Assembly: GCA_964291315.2 (NCBI GenBank)
Contig: OZ219751.1
Coordinates: forward strand, 56,896-120,895
DNA: 64,000 nt
Direction: 5' to 3'
From: Candidatus Poribacteria bacterium
GTDB taxonomy: Bacteria; Poribacteria; WGA-4E; WGA-3G
Made by a program: the position numbers and the translations under genes. Below, in pieces: positions 20,632 through 30,475 of the stretch. The number at the start of each line of letters is the position of its first letter. Position 1 is the first letter of the stretch. The notes beneath the pieces were generated by a model that worked only from the letters and a program-made list of their open reading frames with translations, ran no database searches and had not been told where the DNA came from.

Positions 20632-23331
20632 TTGAAAAGGAGATCAAAATTGCGAATAACATTTTCCATTCTATCCACACTCGTCCTGCTCATGTTTGTG
20701 AGCGTTCCGTTCGCGGCGGCAGAATGGCAAGAGAACCTGGTGACTAATAACACACTCGAAGAGATCTATGTGATCAAGAGCACATGGCAGGCAGCGAATA
20801 GCAACAAAGGCATCCCCGCAGGGTTCTGGACGCGCGGCTCCTACCGGCTTGATCCTGGGAAGTCCAGAGTGTTCTATTCCTGGGACACTAACAGTATCTA
20901 TTTCCGTATTTCAAACGCAGATGGTGCGATAAAAGCGAATAGCGGCACGACGGCTTCTGCGTTCTGGGCTCATCCGAAGCGCTCCTTCCGCGTCGTCTCA
21001 CAGACGTTCGATACCTCTGTGACAACGGATCAGCTGCTTTACTCGGATCGTCCGAACAATCAGTTGGCTCAATTGGAGGGGTTTGTCAGCTATACGGGTG
21101 GCTCCGAAGTGGTTGTCACGCAGGAGTGGGTGTTGCTAGATGGACAGCCGACTGCTCCGCCAAATGACGAACTCGGAGACGATGGGGGTCGGCCTGGTGA
21201 AGATGTTGCGCCGCCTGCGTGGGTAGCGAGTGTGATAACAAATGCCACGGAAGCCGACCTATATGTAGTCTACGCGACGTGGAAGCTGGAGAACTCGAAG
21301 AAAGGTTATCCGGAGGGGTTTCGGACGCGCGGCACGTATCGCATTCGTTCAGGGAAGGGGCGCGTATTTCATGCCTGGGCGGATAACGAGATTTATTTCC
21401 GGATTGCCAATGCTGCGGGAGCGTTAAAACCGGAGGCGAGTTCGGAGACGTTTGGGTTCTGGTTGCATCCGCGTCGTTCGTTTCGGCTGGTCTCGGATCA
21501 GGTCGCTGCGACAGTAGAGCAGTCGGGTCTGAGTTACTCGGATCGTTCGGTGTCGAAGTTAGAGCGTTCGGATGGTTTTATGGTATATGAGAGCGGTTCT
21601 GACGTGGTAGTGACTTCTGATTGGGTGCCGGTAGTTCCGGTGGATGCTGGGAATAACGGTAACGGGGATGCCGGTGATGATGGCACGCCAACGCCGCCCA
21701 CGTCTCCGGTAATTCCTGCGGCACCTGCGGGCATGGTATTGATTCCGGCGGGTACATTTCAGATGGGTAACGACAATCCTGTTCGTGAATACCCGTCTTG
21801 GAGCAGGGACGATGAGATGCCTGCTCATAGCGTGTCGCTGGATGCATTTTATATGGACACACATGAGGTGACGAATGCGGAGTTCAGGCGTTTTGTGTTA
21901 GCGAACCCGCAGTGGCAGAAGGGCAATTTTATCTCAAACGATTTTCTAAACTTACCCAAAGACACAACCCGTTATTACCTATATCATTGGGATGATGATA
22001 ACAACTATCCTGCGGGTGAGGGTGACCATCCTATTACGTATGTGAATTGGTATGCTGCGATGGCTTATGCTGCGTGGGTAGGCAAGCGTTTGCCGACTGA
22101 GGCGGAGTGGGAATATGCTGCGCGCGGCGGTTTGGCCGGTAAGCTCTACCCCTGGGGCGACACGATAGATGCCAGCCGTGCGCACTACAACATGCTGGGG
22201 CTGAACGCGAGCCTAAAACCTACCGGGAGTTATGCGGCGAATGGATATGGTCTGTATGATATGGCCGGGAATGTCTGGGAGTGGTGTCTGGATAGATATC
22301 TGAGTGACTACTATGCAAGTTCACCTGCCCGGAATCCGTTGGCGGGTGCGCTCAGCGTTCAGGGGTTGTTAGATACTTATACAGAAGTTGATGTTGATTC
22401 TAGACGCGTCCTTCGTGGCGGTTCCTATTGGCAGTCACGTTACTACGTAGAGGTGTCCATGCGCGGTGGCAATCCCCCGGATGTCGTGTTCAACACCATT
22501 GGTTTCCGTTGTGCGCAGTCTGTTAGTGGTGCTCCAACGTCTCCGGAGCCTCCGGAGCCTCCAACAACCTCGGTTGTTCCTGTGAACATGGCGCTGATTC
22601 CTGCGGGGACCTTCCAGATGGGCAGCACCACGGGCGATGCGGATGAAAGTCCTGTTCACACGGTATCGTTAGATGCGTTTTATATGGATACGCATGAGGT
22701 GACGAACGCGGAATACGCTGCGTTTCTCAATGCGAAAGGCAAACACGCTGACGCTGGCAAGACTTGGTTGAATATCGCAGATGCTGACATAGGCATTGCG
22801 TTAGTAGACGGTGTGTATTGTGCGAAATCGGGGTATGCGAATCGTCCTGTTGTTAAGGTCACTTGGTATGGTGCGATGGCGTATGCTGCGTGGGCAGGTA
22901 AGCGACTCCCGAGCGAGGCGGAGTGGGAATACGCAGCGCGCGGCGGTTTAGCAGAGCAGCTCTACCCTTGGGGTGACACGATAGACGCAACCCAGGCGAA
23001 CTATGGTGGGAACACTGGCGGTCTGACAGCAGTCGGCAGTTATGCGGCGAACGGGTATGGTCTGTACGACATGACTGGGAACGTCTGGGAGTGGTGTCTG
23101 GATGGTTATAACGACAGCTTCTATGCGATTTCGCCTGTGCATAATCCGTTGTCGGGTGCTGACAGTGAGACGATAAATGACTATGTGGAGATTAGTTCTC
23201 CTCGCGTCTTGCGGGGTGGCTCATATCGGGATTCAGCATTTGATATGCGTATATCGAATCGGGGCTATAGTTATCCGATGAGTACGGGCAACGATCTCGG
23301 TTTCCGGTGTGTGAAGTCAGTTTCTCCTTAA
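20632..23331 (+). CDS. Secreted protein: two unknown N-terminal repeat domains plus two FGE-sulfatase (SUMF1/CLec-fold) domains
   Basis: Signal peptide; duplicated TN(N/A)T..Y..TW..G.P.GF.TRG.YR domain; Pro-rich linkers; two copies of IPAGTFQMG..RLP(T/S)EAEWEYAARGG..YDM.GNVWEW..RGGSY..GFRC. AGGAGG precedes a TTG start. Confidence 0.9.
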   Translation: MKRRSKLRITFSILSTLVLLMFVSVPFAAAEWQENLVTNNTLEEIYVIKSTWQAANSNKGIPAGFWTRGSYRLDPGKSRVFYSWDTNSIYFRISNADGAIKANSGTTASAFWAHPKRSFRVVSQTFDTSVTTDQLLYSDRPNNQLAQLEGFVSYTGGSEVVVTQEWVLLDGQPTAPPNDELGDDGGRPGEDVAPPAWVASVITNATEADLYVVYATWKLENSKKGYPEGFRTRGTYRIRSGKGRVFHAWADNEIYFRIANAAGALKPEASSETFGFWLHPRRSFRLVSDQVAATVEQSGLSYSDRSVSKLERSDGFMVYESGSDVVVTSDWVPVVPVDAGNNGNGDAGDDGTPTPPTSPVIPAAPAGMVLIPAGTFQMGNDNPVREYPSWSRDDEMPAHSVSLDAFYMDTHEVTNAEFRRFVLANPQWQKGNFISNDFLNLPKDTTRYYLYHWDDDNNYPAGEGDHPITYVNWYAAMAYAAWVGKRLPTEAEWEYAARGGLAGKLYPWGDTIDASRAHYNMLGLNASLKPTGSYAANGYGLYDMAGNVWEWCLDRYLSDYYASSPARNPLAGALSVQGLLDTYTEVDVDSRRVLRGGSYWQSRYYVEVSMRGGNPPDVVFNTIGFRCAQSVSGAPTSPEPPEPPTTSVVPVNMALIPAGTFQMGSTTGDADESPVHTVSLDAFYMDTHEVTNAEYAAFLNAKGKHADAGKTWLNIADADIGIALVDGVYCAKSGYANRPVVKVTWYGAMAYAAWAGKRLPSEAEWEYAARGGLAEQLYPWGDTIDATQANYGGNTGGLTAVGSYAANGYGLYDMTGNVWEWCLDGYNDSFYAISPVHNPLSGADSETINDYVEISSPRVLRGGSYRDSAFDMRISNRGYSYPMSTGNDLGFRCVKSVSP

Positions 23332-23397
23332 CTCTTTATTGCCGCATGCCATTTATCTTGAGATAAAAAACGGCTGAAAGGCACTGAAGATACAAAC

Positions 23398-23447
23398 AAG
23401 GGCGTGATGGCTGATAGGATTTTCCTGGTGGCTATCACGCCCTTTTT
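23398..23447 (+). terminator. Intrinsic terminator between convergent genes
   Basis: AAGGGCGTGATGGCT...GGCTATCACGCCCTT followed by a T tract. Confidence 0.8.
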
Positions 23448-23558
23448 ATGTTTTTCGGTTGTCTAAGTTTTGTGTTCAAACTTTTCAAAAGAGGTTTGGG
23501 TTTTATTGAAGAAAAGTGCGGGACATATCGGTATTCCCTTCTTCTATCAATTTAATTT

Positions 23559-25007
23559 CTACTTCTCTGGTTCCTTGGGATAATCGATGGACCATTTACC
23601 TCTGCCGTCCGCGGAGGGTTTTTCTTTCCAGAGGTTAAGGAACTTCTCGGGTGCGCTGTGTTCTGTGAGATGTTTCATAAATAGTTGATGCATCTCCTTG
23701 ACGGTTTCCATGTTATTGGCGGCGATGTTGTTCTCGGCTATCGGATCTACGGGTAAGTCAAAGAGTTCGGGGTTACCGTATTCGCCGATGGGTGCGTAGC
23801 TCCAACGTTCCGTGACGAGGAAGGGGGTTGTTGCTTGGCGTGGCACACTTTCATTTTGGGCAGCGATATGGCATCCGGTTACGGCATACTCCCTATGCTG
23901 TCCGCCACCTTTAAGAAGTGCATCTGCGAAGGAGCGTCCCTCAAATGGCTTCGGTGGGTCTAAGTTAACTTCAGCCAATTCACAGAGCGTTGGCATAATA
24001 TCCATCGGTTGAGCGATGAGGTCGAGTCGTTGTCCGCGGGGTATTTCTGCTCCGGCGATAAGGCACATTTCGTGGTTTATCTCGGGATACGTCGGCCAGT
24101 AGCGTGAATCTTCCGGATCGATATTGGATTTTCCAGTTCTGTTGTGTTCGCCGATAGAGATTCCGTGGTCTGATAGTACAGCGAGGATGGTATTGTCCCA
24201 CAACTCCAAATCCTCCACTTTTTGCAAAATCCGTCCGATATGCCGGTCAGTGAGTTCTGATTCACCTGCGTAATGTGCCCAGAGGTTATGCAACTCCGCG
24301 TCCGTAAACAGGGATGACAGACCGTAGTTCGGGTGTAGCATGGGAGGTCCGGTATAATCTGGGTCGTATCGTTTGACGAGATATTCGGGTGGGTCCCAGG
24401 GTTCATGTGGATCGAAGAAGTCTACCCAGAGAAAGAAGGGCCCCGCCCGGTGATTCTCTTCCAACCATCGAATTGTGGTTTCGGAGGTTCTGCTGGAGAA
24501 TGTCTCCGCTTCGTACTGGTAATAGCGGTTTGTCCAGCGGTGGGTGTTTGGCAGCGTTTGTCCTCTGTATGATGGATGGGGTCGTGTCTTCTCATTTGGC
24601 ATAACGATTTTTATTTCGTCATTGTGATGGAGAAGCGGTTTGTCTCCTTCTTGTCCACGATGCTGGAAAGCGGCATCGAAACAGTGCTGAAACCGTGTGT
24701 TAAACAGATGGGGGGTGTCACAGATGAGCTGCGTCGCGTATCCCTGTTCGCTCAAAAGTTGCGCTGTGATGTTCCGACCGCTCAGGTCAATCGGCTGCCA
24801 CGGATAGTGTGGCCACCCAACTGTCCCAGTCATAATATCTGTGCGGTTTGGCACCGTCGGGAAGCTGCTCATATAAAATTTATCGATGGCGGTTGCTCGG
24901 TGTGCTTCGAATTCGTCGAGCATCGGCGTGCGGATGGGGCGTTTTGCGCGTTCGCCTAAATTGTCATACCGAAAAGTATCGGTAATCAGCAAAACAATAT
25001 TTTTCAT
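23559..25007 (-). CDS. Sulfatase-like hydrolase with Thr at the formylglycine position
   Basis: KNIVLLITDTFR, SFPTVPNRTDIMTG, DPHEPW, SDHG. Confidence 0.85.
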   Translation of the reverse strand: MKNIVLLITDTFRYDNLGERAKRPIRTPMLDEFEAHRATAIDKFYMSSFPTVPNRTDIMTGTVGWPHYPWQPIDLSGRNITAQLLSEQGYATQLICDTPHLFNTRFQHCFDAAFQHRGQEGDKPLLHHNDEIKIVMPNEKTRPHPSYRGQTLPNTHRWTNRYYQYEAETFSSRTSETTIRWLEENHRAGPFFLWVDFFDPHEPWDPPEYLVKRYDPDYTGPPMLHPNYGLSSLFTDAELHNLWAHYAGESELTDRHIGRILQKVEDLELWDNTILAVLSDHGISIGEHNRTGKSNIDPEDSRYWPTYPEINHEMCLIAGAEIPRGQRLDLIAQPMDIMPTLCELAEVNLDPPKPFEGRSFADALLKGGGQHREYAVTGCHIAAQNESVPRQATTPFLVTERWSYAPIGEYGNPELFDLPVDPIAENNIAANNMETVKEMHQLFMKHLTEHSAPEKFLNLWKEKPSADGRGKWSIDYPKEPEK

Positions 25008-25064
25008 AATTTGATAATCAACCTCATTAAGATTGTTGGTTATGCAATTGTTAGTTAGGGGTTT

Positions 25065-25988
25065 TCAGACTTCTTGGTGCGTTGTTTTTAGCAAAAATAG
25101 TGTCATCAATAGCAGTGGCAAAATGACAGCGGTGGAAACGGTGATAGACACCTGTGTGCCGATGAGACAGGGAAAGAAGAAGATTGAGCCTATCATTGAG
25201 CCTTTCAGAGCGAAGTATCCATTTTTCTCATTTGGTTCGAGATAGAGTGAGACTCGGGTGCTGACAGTGGTAATGATGCCTAGCAGGACCCAAACGATAT
25301 AGGATTTTTGAAGGTCCGGTTCTAACCAATACGGCAAGAAAGCAATAACGAAAGCTAGAACCGTAACAGCAGCGGACAGCAAAAGCGCTGGTCGGATACC
25401 AATCTGGATTGGTGTTGTTAAGATGCCAAGCTGCTTGTCCCGTGAAATGTCTTTGAAGGTTGTGGTAATGTGTGTACCTAAGTCGTAGAGCGTTATAGCC
25501 CCAAAAGCGTACCAGACTAAACGTGGCACTGTACCACTCACCGCTAAGGCCCCGAAAATACTCAGAAGCCCGATGCCCAACGGTAGTGTGAGACTACCCA
25601 AGATGCCCTTCGCTTTAAAAATAGCATTGTAGAGATGCGAAATAGCAACCAAGCCCATTACCAACAGCCCTGTTTTAATATTAAGCCAAAAACCCCCAAT
25701 TACACACAGTCCGTAAATAACACTTGCCGGTATAAGTGCCTGTCGTAGTGTGAGTCGTTGCGATGGTAGTGGACGCTCTGGATTTGTCTGCCGGTCCGTT
25801 TCGTGATGAAAGTAGTCATTCTTTATCATTCCGGCGAAGTAACCACACAGTGCGATCAACAGTGCTGCGGTAGCGCGCCATGTCCAATTTCCGTCACTTG
25901 CAATCAGTATACCGGGGAGTGTCGCGACAATCGGAACCGCAAAAAGCGGATAGCGAATGAGCTCTAAGTAGGCTTTAAAGCTATTCAT
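25065..25988 (-). CDS. UbiA-family prenyltransferase
   Basis: NDYFHHETD..NPERPLPS, YN, KDISRD..G; multiple TM helices. Confidence 0.85.
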   Translation of the reverse strand: MNSFKAYLELIRYPLFAVPIVATLPGILIASDGNWTWRATAALLIALCGYFAGMIKNDYFHHETDRQTNPERPLPSQRLTLRQALIPASVIYGLCVIGGFWLNIKTGLLVMGLVAISHLYNAIFKAKGILGSLTLPLGIGLLSIFGALAVSGTVPRLVWYAFGAITLYDLGTHITTTFKDISRDKQLGILTTPIQIGIRPALLLSAAVTVLAFVIAFLPYWLEPDLQKSYIVWVLLGIITTVSTRVSLYLEPNEKNGYFALKGSMIGSIFFFPCLIGTQVSITVSTAVILPLLLMTLFLLKTTHQEV

Positions 25989-26003
25989 TCCGTTAATTTC
26001 CTA

Positions 26004-27110
26004 CTAAAAATTTTCTCGCTGCACACCGGCTTCTGTTACTGGCGAGGTTCTCGGATTAAACGCTTCGTCTACACCGTAAAATTGATCGCCTTGTGTTCCG
26101 ACACCGAGTTCCGTTACATTAGGGCCGACCTGTTTATTCCCTTGAATAAAGTTGTCTCGCAGCCTGCCACCATCGTAGACTGCCCAACCGACATTCAGCG
26201 TAATATTGTTGGAGACTATCTCTGGTGAGGCGGTAGAGTAACAGACAATAGCATTCTCGTAATTCGCGCGAAGAATGTTATATTGGATACGCGGGCGAGA
26301 GTCACCTTCACATATAATACCGTAATTGTTGGCAGTGAATTCGTTGTACTCTACATCTGGTGATGAATCCCCCCGAAATTGTGAACCTGTGCCATTTTTA
26401 TTAAATTCGTTGTTGGTAATAGTAGGACTCGTGTTATCAGACAGAACTCCTGTTTTATTTTCACTGATGAGGCACCTCTCAATCTGCACAGAGTCTGTTC
26501 GGCACGTGATGCCGATAGTTGCATGCTGGATACGACAGTATGTTAGGCGACTATTCGGGCTTTCGGTTTCAATCTGGATCCCCGCCCAGTCTCCTGCTCT
26601 TGGTGGATCAGCGGAGATGGGTTTCTGCTGCGTTCTTGCACCCCTCGTCCCTTCTTCCATCCCCATCGCGGTCGCTGGAATTGTCTCTGCTGTTGACTCT
26701 TGTTGACGTTTTTGCTGTCTTCCTAAAGACCCGAAAACGACCATCCGCTCTGGCGATCCTTCGGCGTAAAGTTCCCCATGCACGATAAGTTGGATAGGCG
26801 TATCTACCGGCTCAAAACCGACGATTGTCCCGGCACGGATAGTCAGTGTGACACCTTTCGGAACAACAACGGTGTCGCTAATGTAAATACGGCCATCCCA
26901 TATCTCATTCTCTATCAATTTACCCGACTTCTCTACTATTTCTGAACTAGAACTGCCAACATCGAGATTAAAGGTCTCACTTTGGCAGCCAGAATAGAAA
27001 CCTATTAGCATACAGATAAGCGGAATAAGGAGGCTATAGGGTACCGTTTGCAAATTCAGATTGCATAGTGCAAGTTTCCGATAGCGTTGTGTGACGGTTT
27101 TTATTTTCAT
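26004..27110 (-). CDS. Putative lipoprotein with right-handed parallel beta-helix repeats
   Basis: FYSGC lipobox-like motif, VPKGVTLTI..GT, G.W.GI, repeated P.I..N....N...GI. Confidence 0.8.
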   Translation of the reverse strand: MKIKTVTQRYRKLALCNLNLQTVPYSLLIPLICMLIGFYSGCQSETFNLDVGSSSSEIVEKSGKLIENEIWDGRIYISDTVVVPKGVTLTIRAGTIVGFEPVDTPIQLIVHGELYAEGSPERMVVFGSLGRQQKRQQESTAETIPATAMGMEEGTRGARTQQKPISADPPRAGDWAGIQIETESPNSRLTYCRIQHATIGITCRTDSVQIERCLISENKTGVLSDNTSPTITNNEFNKNGTGSQFRGDSSPDVEYNEFTANNYGIICEGDSRPRIQYNILRANYENAIVCYSTASPEIVSNNITLNVGWAVYDGGRLRDNFIQGNKQVGPNVTELGVGTQGDQFYGVDEAFNPRTSPVTEAGVQRENF

Positions 27111-27158
27111 ACTCTATTTTTAGCATAGACAACGATTTCTGTCAAGTCAAAAAAAAGT

Positions 27159-27187
27159 TTGACATCAGTGGTTAAATTTGCTATAAT
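27159..27187 (+). promoter_or_regulatory. Consensus sigma70 promoter for the ffh operon
   Basis: TTGACA-17nt-TATAAT. A divergent TTGACA at 27140-27145 on the minus strand may serve the lipoprotein gene. Confidence 0.85.
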
Positions 27188-27362
27188 TGTATAATCAAAA
27201 ATCAGTATGTGGTGCGTGCCTTTGCAATCACAATTATACTCAGCAGGTAGGTGTGCTTTCATAATGTTTCAAAACAAATTGATAGTTGTACACTACACGT
27301 AAGACACTAATCGTGAGCCATAACCACTGTTCGCACCTGATAAGAACAAGGACGCGTCAATC

Positions 27363-28778
27363 ATGTTTGAGAGTTTAGGGGCTAGGTTACAAGGTACCTT
27401 AAAAAAAATCAGAGGACAAGGAAAGCTCACCGAGAGTAACGTCTCTGATACTTTGCGTGAGGTGCGGCGTGCTTTCTTGGAAGCAGATGTTAACTATAAA
27501 GTCACACGCGAATTTATAGAGCAGATTAAGGCGCGTACTCTAGGTCAAGAGGTACTCGGTAGCCTTACACCTGAACTTCAAATTGCCCGAATTATTGGTG
27601 AAGAACTGACTCTGTTGATGGGTAGTAAGGCAGAACAAATTCGTATTGCACCCAGCGGTCCCACAGTAGTGATGCTGGTCGGATTGCAGGGGGCAGGTAA
27701 AACAACGGTAGCAGCAAAATTAGCTATTAAATTTCGTAAAGACGGTCGTAAGCCGCTTCTCGTTGCAGCCGATGTCTATCGCCCAGCTGCCGTTAAGCAG
27801 TTGCAGGTCCTCGGCAAACAAACTGAAACGCCCGTATTTTCGATGCTTACAGAAAACTCTCCGGTTAAAATTGCAGAGGCTTCGGTCAAGGAAGCTTTGG
27901 CGCACGGACATAAGTGTGTTATTATTGATACCGCTGGACGTTTACACGTCAATGATGAACTAATGAACGAACTTCGGCAGATTAAGAAATGTGTGAATCC
28001 TTCTGAAGTCTTACTGATCGTCGATGCAATGACAGGACAAGATGCCGTAAATGTGGCCGAGAACTTCAACAACGATTTGGATATTGACGGTGTTATCCTC
28101 ACTAAAATGGATGGTGATGCCCGTGGAGGTGCCGCTCTTTCGATCCGTCATATTACACACAAGCCGATTAAGTTCATCGGGGTCGGTGAAAAGATAGAGG
28201 CATCCTCGCTGGAAGAGTTCCATCCGGAGCGAATGGCTTCACGTATTCTCGGGCAGGGCGATTTCCAAACTTTGCTTGAGAAAGCCGAAAACATCTTCAG
28301 CGAAGATCAAGCAAAGCACCTTGAACGCAAACTTACAGAAAATAAAGGATTAGACTTTACCGATTTTCTAACACAACTTGAGCAGCTTAAAAATATGGGA
28401 CCCTTGGATCAATTATTGGATCTCATGCCCTTTAAGAACCAATTGCCTGTTAAAAATCTCACACCGGATGAAAGCCACTTGCAAACAGCGAAGGCGATCA
28501 TCCATTCAATGACGATTGAGGAACGAAAAAAACCTCAATTGTTGAACAGAAGTCGGAAACTCCGAATTTCCAAAGGTAGTGGAACATCTGTAAATCAGGT
28601 GAATATGTTGGTTTCCCAGCTACAAATGATGAATCGTATGTTGAATCAGCAGGCGGCAATAGGTATGCCGCAGATGGGGGCCGGTTTAAATACAAAAATG
28701 GGGCAGAAAATAAGTGCGCTTCCAGGTCGAAAGCGTAAAACATCGAGAAAACCCCGAAAACGGAGGCGCCGTAAATAA
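27363..28778 (+). CDS. ffh: Signal recognition particle protein
   Basis: GLQGAGKTT, DTAGR, TKMDGDARGG, M domain. Confidence 0.98.
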   Translation: MFESLGARLQGTLKKIRGQGKLTESNVSDTLREVRRAFLEADVNYKVTREFIEQIKARTLGQEVLGSLTPELQIARIIGEELTLLMGSKAEQIRIAPSGPTVVMLVGLQGAGKTTVAAKLAIKFRKDGRKPLLVAADVYRPAAVKQLQVLGKQTETPVFSMLTENSPVKIAEASVKEALAHGHKCVIIDTAGRLHVNDELMNELRQIKKCVNPSEVLLIVDAMTGQDAVNVAENFNNDLDIDGVILTKMDGDARGGAALSIRHITHKPIKFIGVGEKIEASSLEEFHPERMASRILGQGDFQTLLEKAENIFSEDQAKHLERKLTENKGLDFTDFLTQLEQLKNMGPLDQLLDLMPFKNQLPVKNLTPDESHLQTAKAIIHSMTIEERKKPQLLNRSRKLRISKGSGTSVNQVNMLVSQLQMMNRMLNQQAAIGMPQMGAGLNTKMGQKISALPGRKRKTSRKPRKRRRRK

Positions 28779-28845
28779 CGATAGGTACGAGCGTAGCTCC
28801 ACCTTTCTTATAGACACGACGTAGATCCTATTAGGAGGTATTTTT

Positions 28846-29250
28846 TTGGCAGTCAGAATTAGATTACAACGCCATGGTAGAAAGAAACGTCCGTTTTATC
28901 GACTCGTCGCGGCCGACGCACGTGCACAGAGAGATGGCGTATTTTTAGAACGCCTCGGCTATTATAATCCGTTGACAGATCCAGCAGAAATTTCTATTGA
29001 TGAAGAGAAGGCTCTGAAATGGTTAAGACGCGGTGCACAACCGACCGATACAGCGAAACGGCTACTTTCCAAACGCGGAATTTTAATAAAATTTGAGTAC
29101 GAGAAATTAGGGAAACCGATGCCGGAGGCCGCTGTTAGCGAAGATGGAGATAAGATAGATGATGCAGAACCCTCTGATGCACAAGCAACTGAGGCTGAAG
29201 AAGGCAGCCGGTTCGCTGAAGCAGCAACCGATCAAGCAACATCCGGATGA
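28846..29250 (+). CDS. rpsP: 30S ribosomal protein bS16 with acidic C-terminal tail
   Basis: [25 protein letters not shown]; TTG start after AGGAGG. Confidence 0.97.
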   Translation: MAVRIRLQRHGRKKRPFYRLVAADARAQRDGVFLERLGYYNPLTDPAEISIDEEKALKWLRRGAQPTDTAKRLLSKRGILIKFEYEKLGKPMPEAAVSEDGDKIDDAEPSDAQATEAEEGSRFAEAATDQATSG

Positions 29251-29331
29251 AACTCAAAAAGAGTAGAGCCTATTCAAAAAATTCCGGAGAAGTAGGTACC
29301 GCACCCATCTACCGAAATTTGAAGGTCAACT

Positions 29332-29586
29332 ATGTTCAAAGACTTGATTGAATACATCGTAAAATCTCTCGTGGATTATCCTGAGCAGGTGGTAGTTCAA
29401 GAAGTAACCGGCGAAACAGCAGTTATTATAGAGTTGACTGTCACCGAAGAGGATCTAGGAAAAATCATCGGTAGATATGGACGGACCGTTAAAGCCATAA
29501 GAAGTGTTCTCTATACCGCAGGGCTGCAAGCGAATAAAAGAGTTATTCTTGAGCTAATTGAATACCCAAGGTCAGAAGAACAATAG
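29332..29586 (+). CDS. khpA: KH-domain RNA-binding protein (KhpA/YlqC)
   Basis: LVDYPEQV, DLGKIIGRYGRT; position after rpsP. Confidence 0.92.
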   Translation: MFKDLIEYIVKSLVDYPEQVVVQEVTGETAVIIELTVTEEDLGKIIGRYGRTVKAIRSVLYTAGLQANKRVILELIEYPRSEEQ

Positions 29587-29659
29587 GAATTTCGGTTATT
29601 ACACAACATAAGCAGATCAACTGAAAATATAGGATGTTGCTAGCAAGCCGGTACGGAAA

Positions 29660-30388
29660 ATGAAAATTGATGTTCTCGCCTTATTTCCAGAGATACTCGC
29701 GCCTGCGTTAAAAACCGGTATCCTCAGACGCGTTCAGGACGCAGGTAAACTTACCGTCAAACTCCATAATCTTCGCGATTGGGCAACCGACAAGCACAAG
29801 TCTGTGGATGATTATCCTTATGGTGGTGGTGCAGGCATGATTCTCAAGCCTGAACCTATTTTTGCAGCGGTTACAGCATTGAATAGGACTAGAAAGGCGC
29901 ACGTTGTATACCTCACACCGCAGGGGGTACCGTTGGTCCAACCACTTGCAGAATCGCTTTCCTTGGAATCGCATCTCATTCTTTTGTGTGGACGATACAA
30001 AGGGGTTGATGAGCGCGTGCGGCATCGGTTGGTTACAACTGATATTTCCATCGGGGACTATGTTTTGAGTGGAGGGGAAATCGCCGCACTCGTTGTAATT
30101 GATACCATTGGACGAGTGCTCCCAGGAGCGCTAAGCGATTATGAATCTGCACATGCTGATTCATTCAGTCATGACTTGCTTGACTATCCCCACTACACAC
30201 GCCCAGCTAAGTTCTCAGGTATGAATGTCCCCGAAGTTCTCTTGAGTGGGGCTCATAAAGATATTGAGAAATGGCGATATGCAGAAGCACTCAAGCGCAC
30301 AGCAGAATACCGTCCTGATCTACTTCAGAAATTGGAATTGAGCGAGGAAGACATTGCTATTCTTAAAAGGGAAGGGTTGGCAAAGTAA
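29660..30388 (+). CDS. trmD: tRNA (guanine37-N1)-methyltransferase
   Basis: VDDYPYGGGAGM, SIGDYVLSGGE, PHYTRP. Confidence 0.97.
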   Translation: MKIDVLALFPEILAPALKTGILRRVQDAGKLTVKLHNLRDWATDKHKSVDDYPYGGGAGMILKPEPIFAAVTALNRTRKAHVVYLTPQGVPLVQPLAESLSLESHLILLCGRYKGVDERVRHRLVTTDISIGDYVLSGGEIAALVVIDTIGRVLPGALSDYESAHADSFSHDLLDYPHYTRPAKFSGMNVPEVLLSGAHKDIEKWRYAEALKRTAEYRPDLLQKLELSEEDIAILKREGLAK

Positions 30389-30439
30389 AACGAAGTAGGC
30401 GTTCTTTATTTTTCAGCAGCTTGCCGATCTATCTTAAGA

Positions 30440-30460
30440 TGTAGCGAAACGTCCGCTACA
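30440..30460 (+). promoter_or_regulatory. Hairpin immediately before the rplS RBS (possible leader or REP-like palindrome)
   Basis: TGTAGCG-7nt-CGCTACA followed by AAGGAGG. Confidence 0.35.
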
Positions 30461-30475
30461 CAAGGAGGACTGATA

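Noticed and set aside
20632-23450. Complete DGR
   Set aside because: No reverse transcriptase, Avd or template repeat in the window.
20632-25007. FGE plus sulfatase as a maturation pair
   Set aside because: The FGE domains lack catalytic cysteines, the hydrolase has Thr at the modified position, and the genes are convergent.
27190-27362. SRP RNA in the ffh leader
   Set aside because: No CAGG..GRAA..AGCAG domain IV motif.
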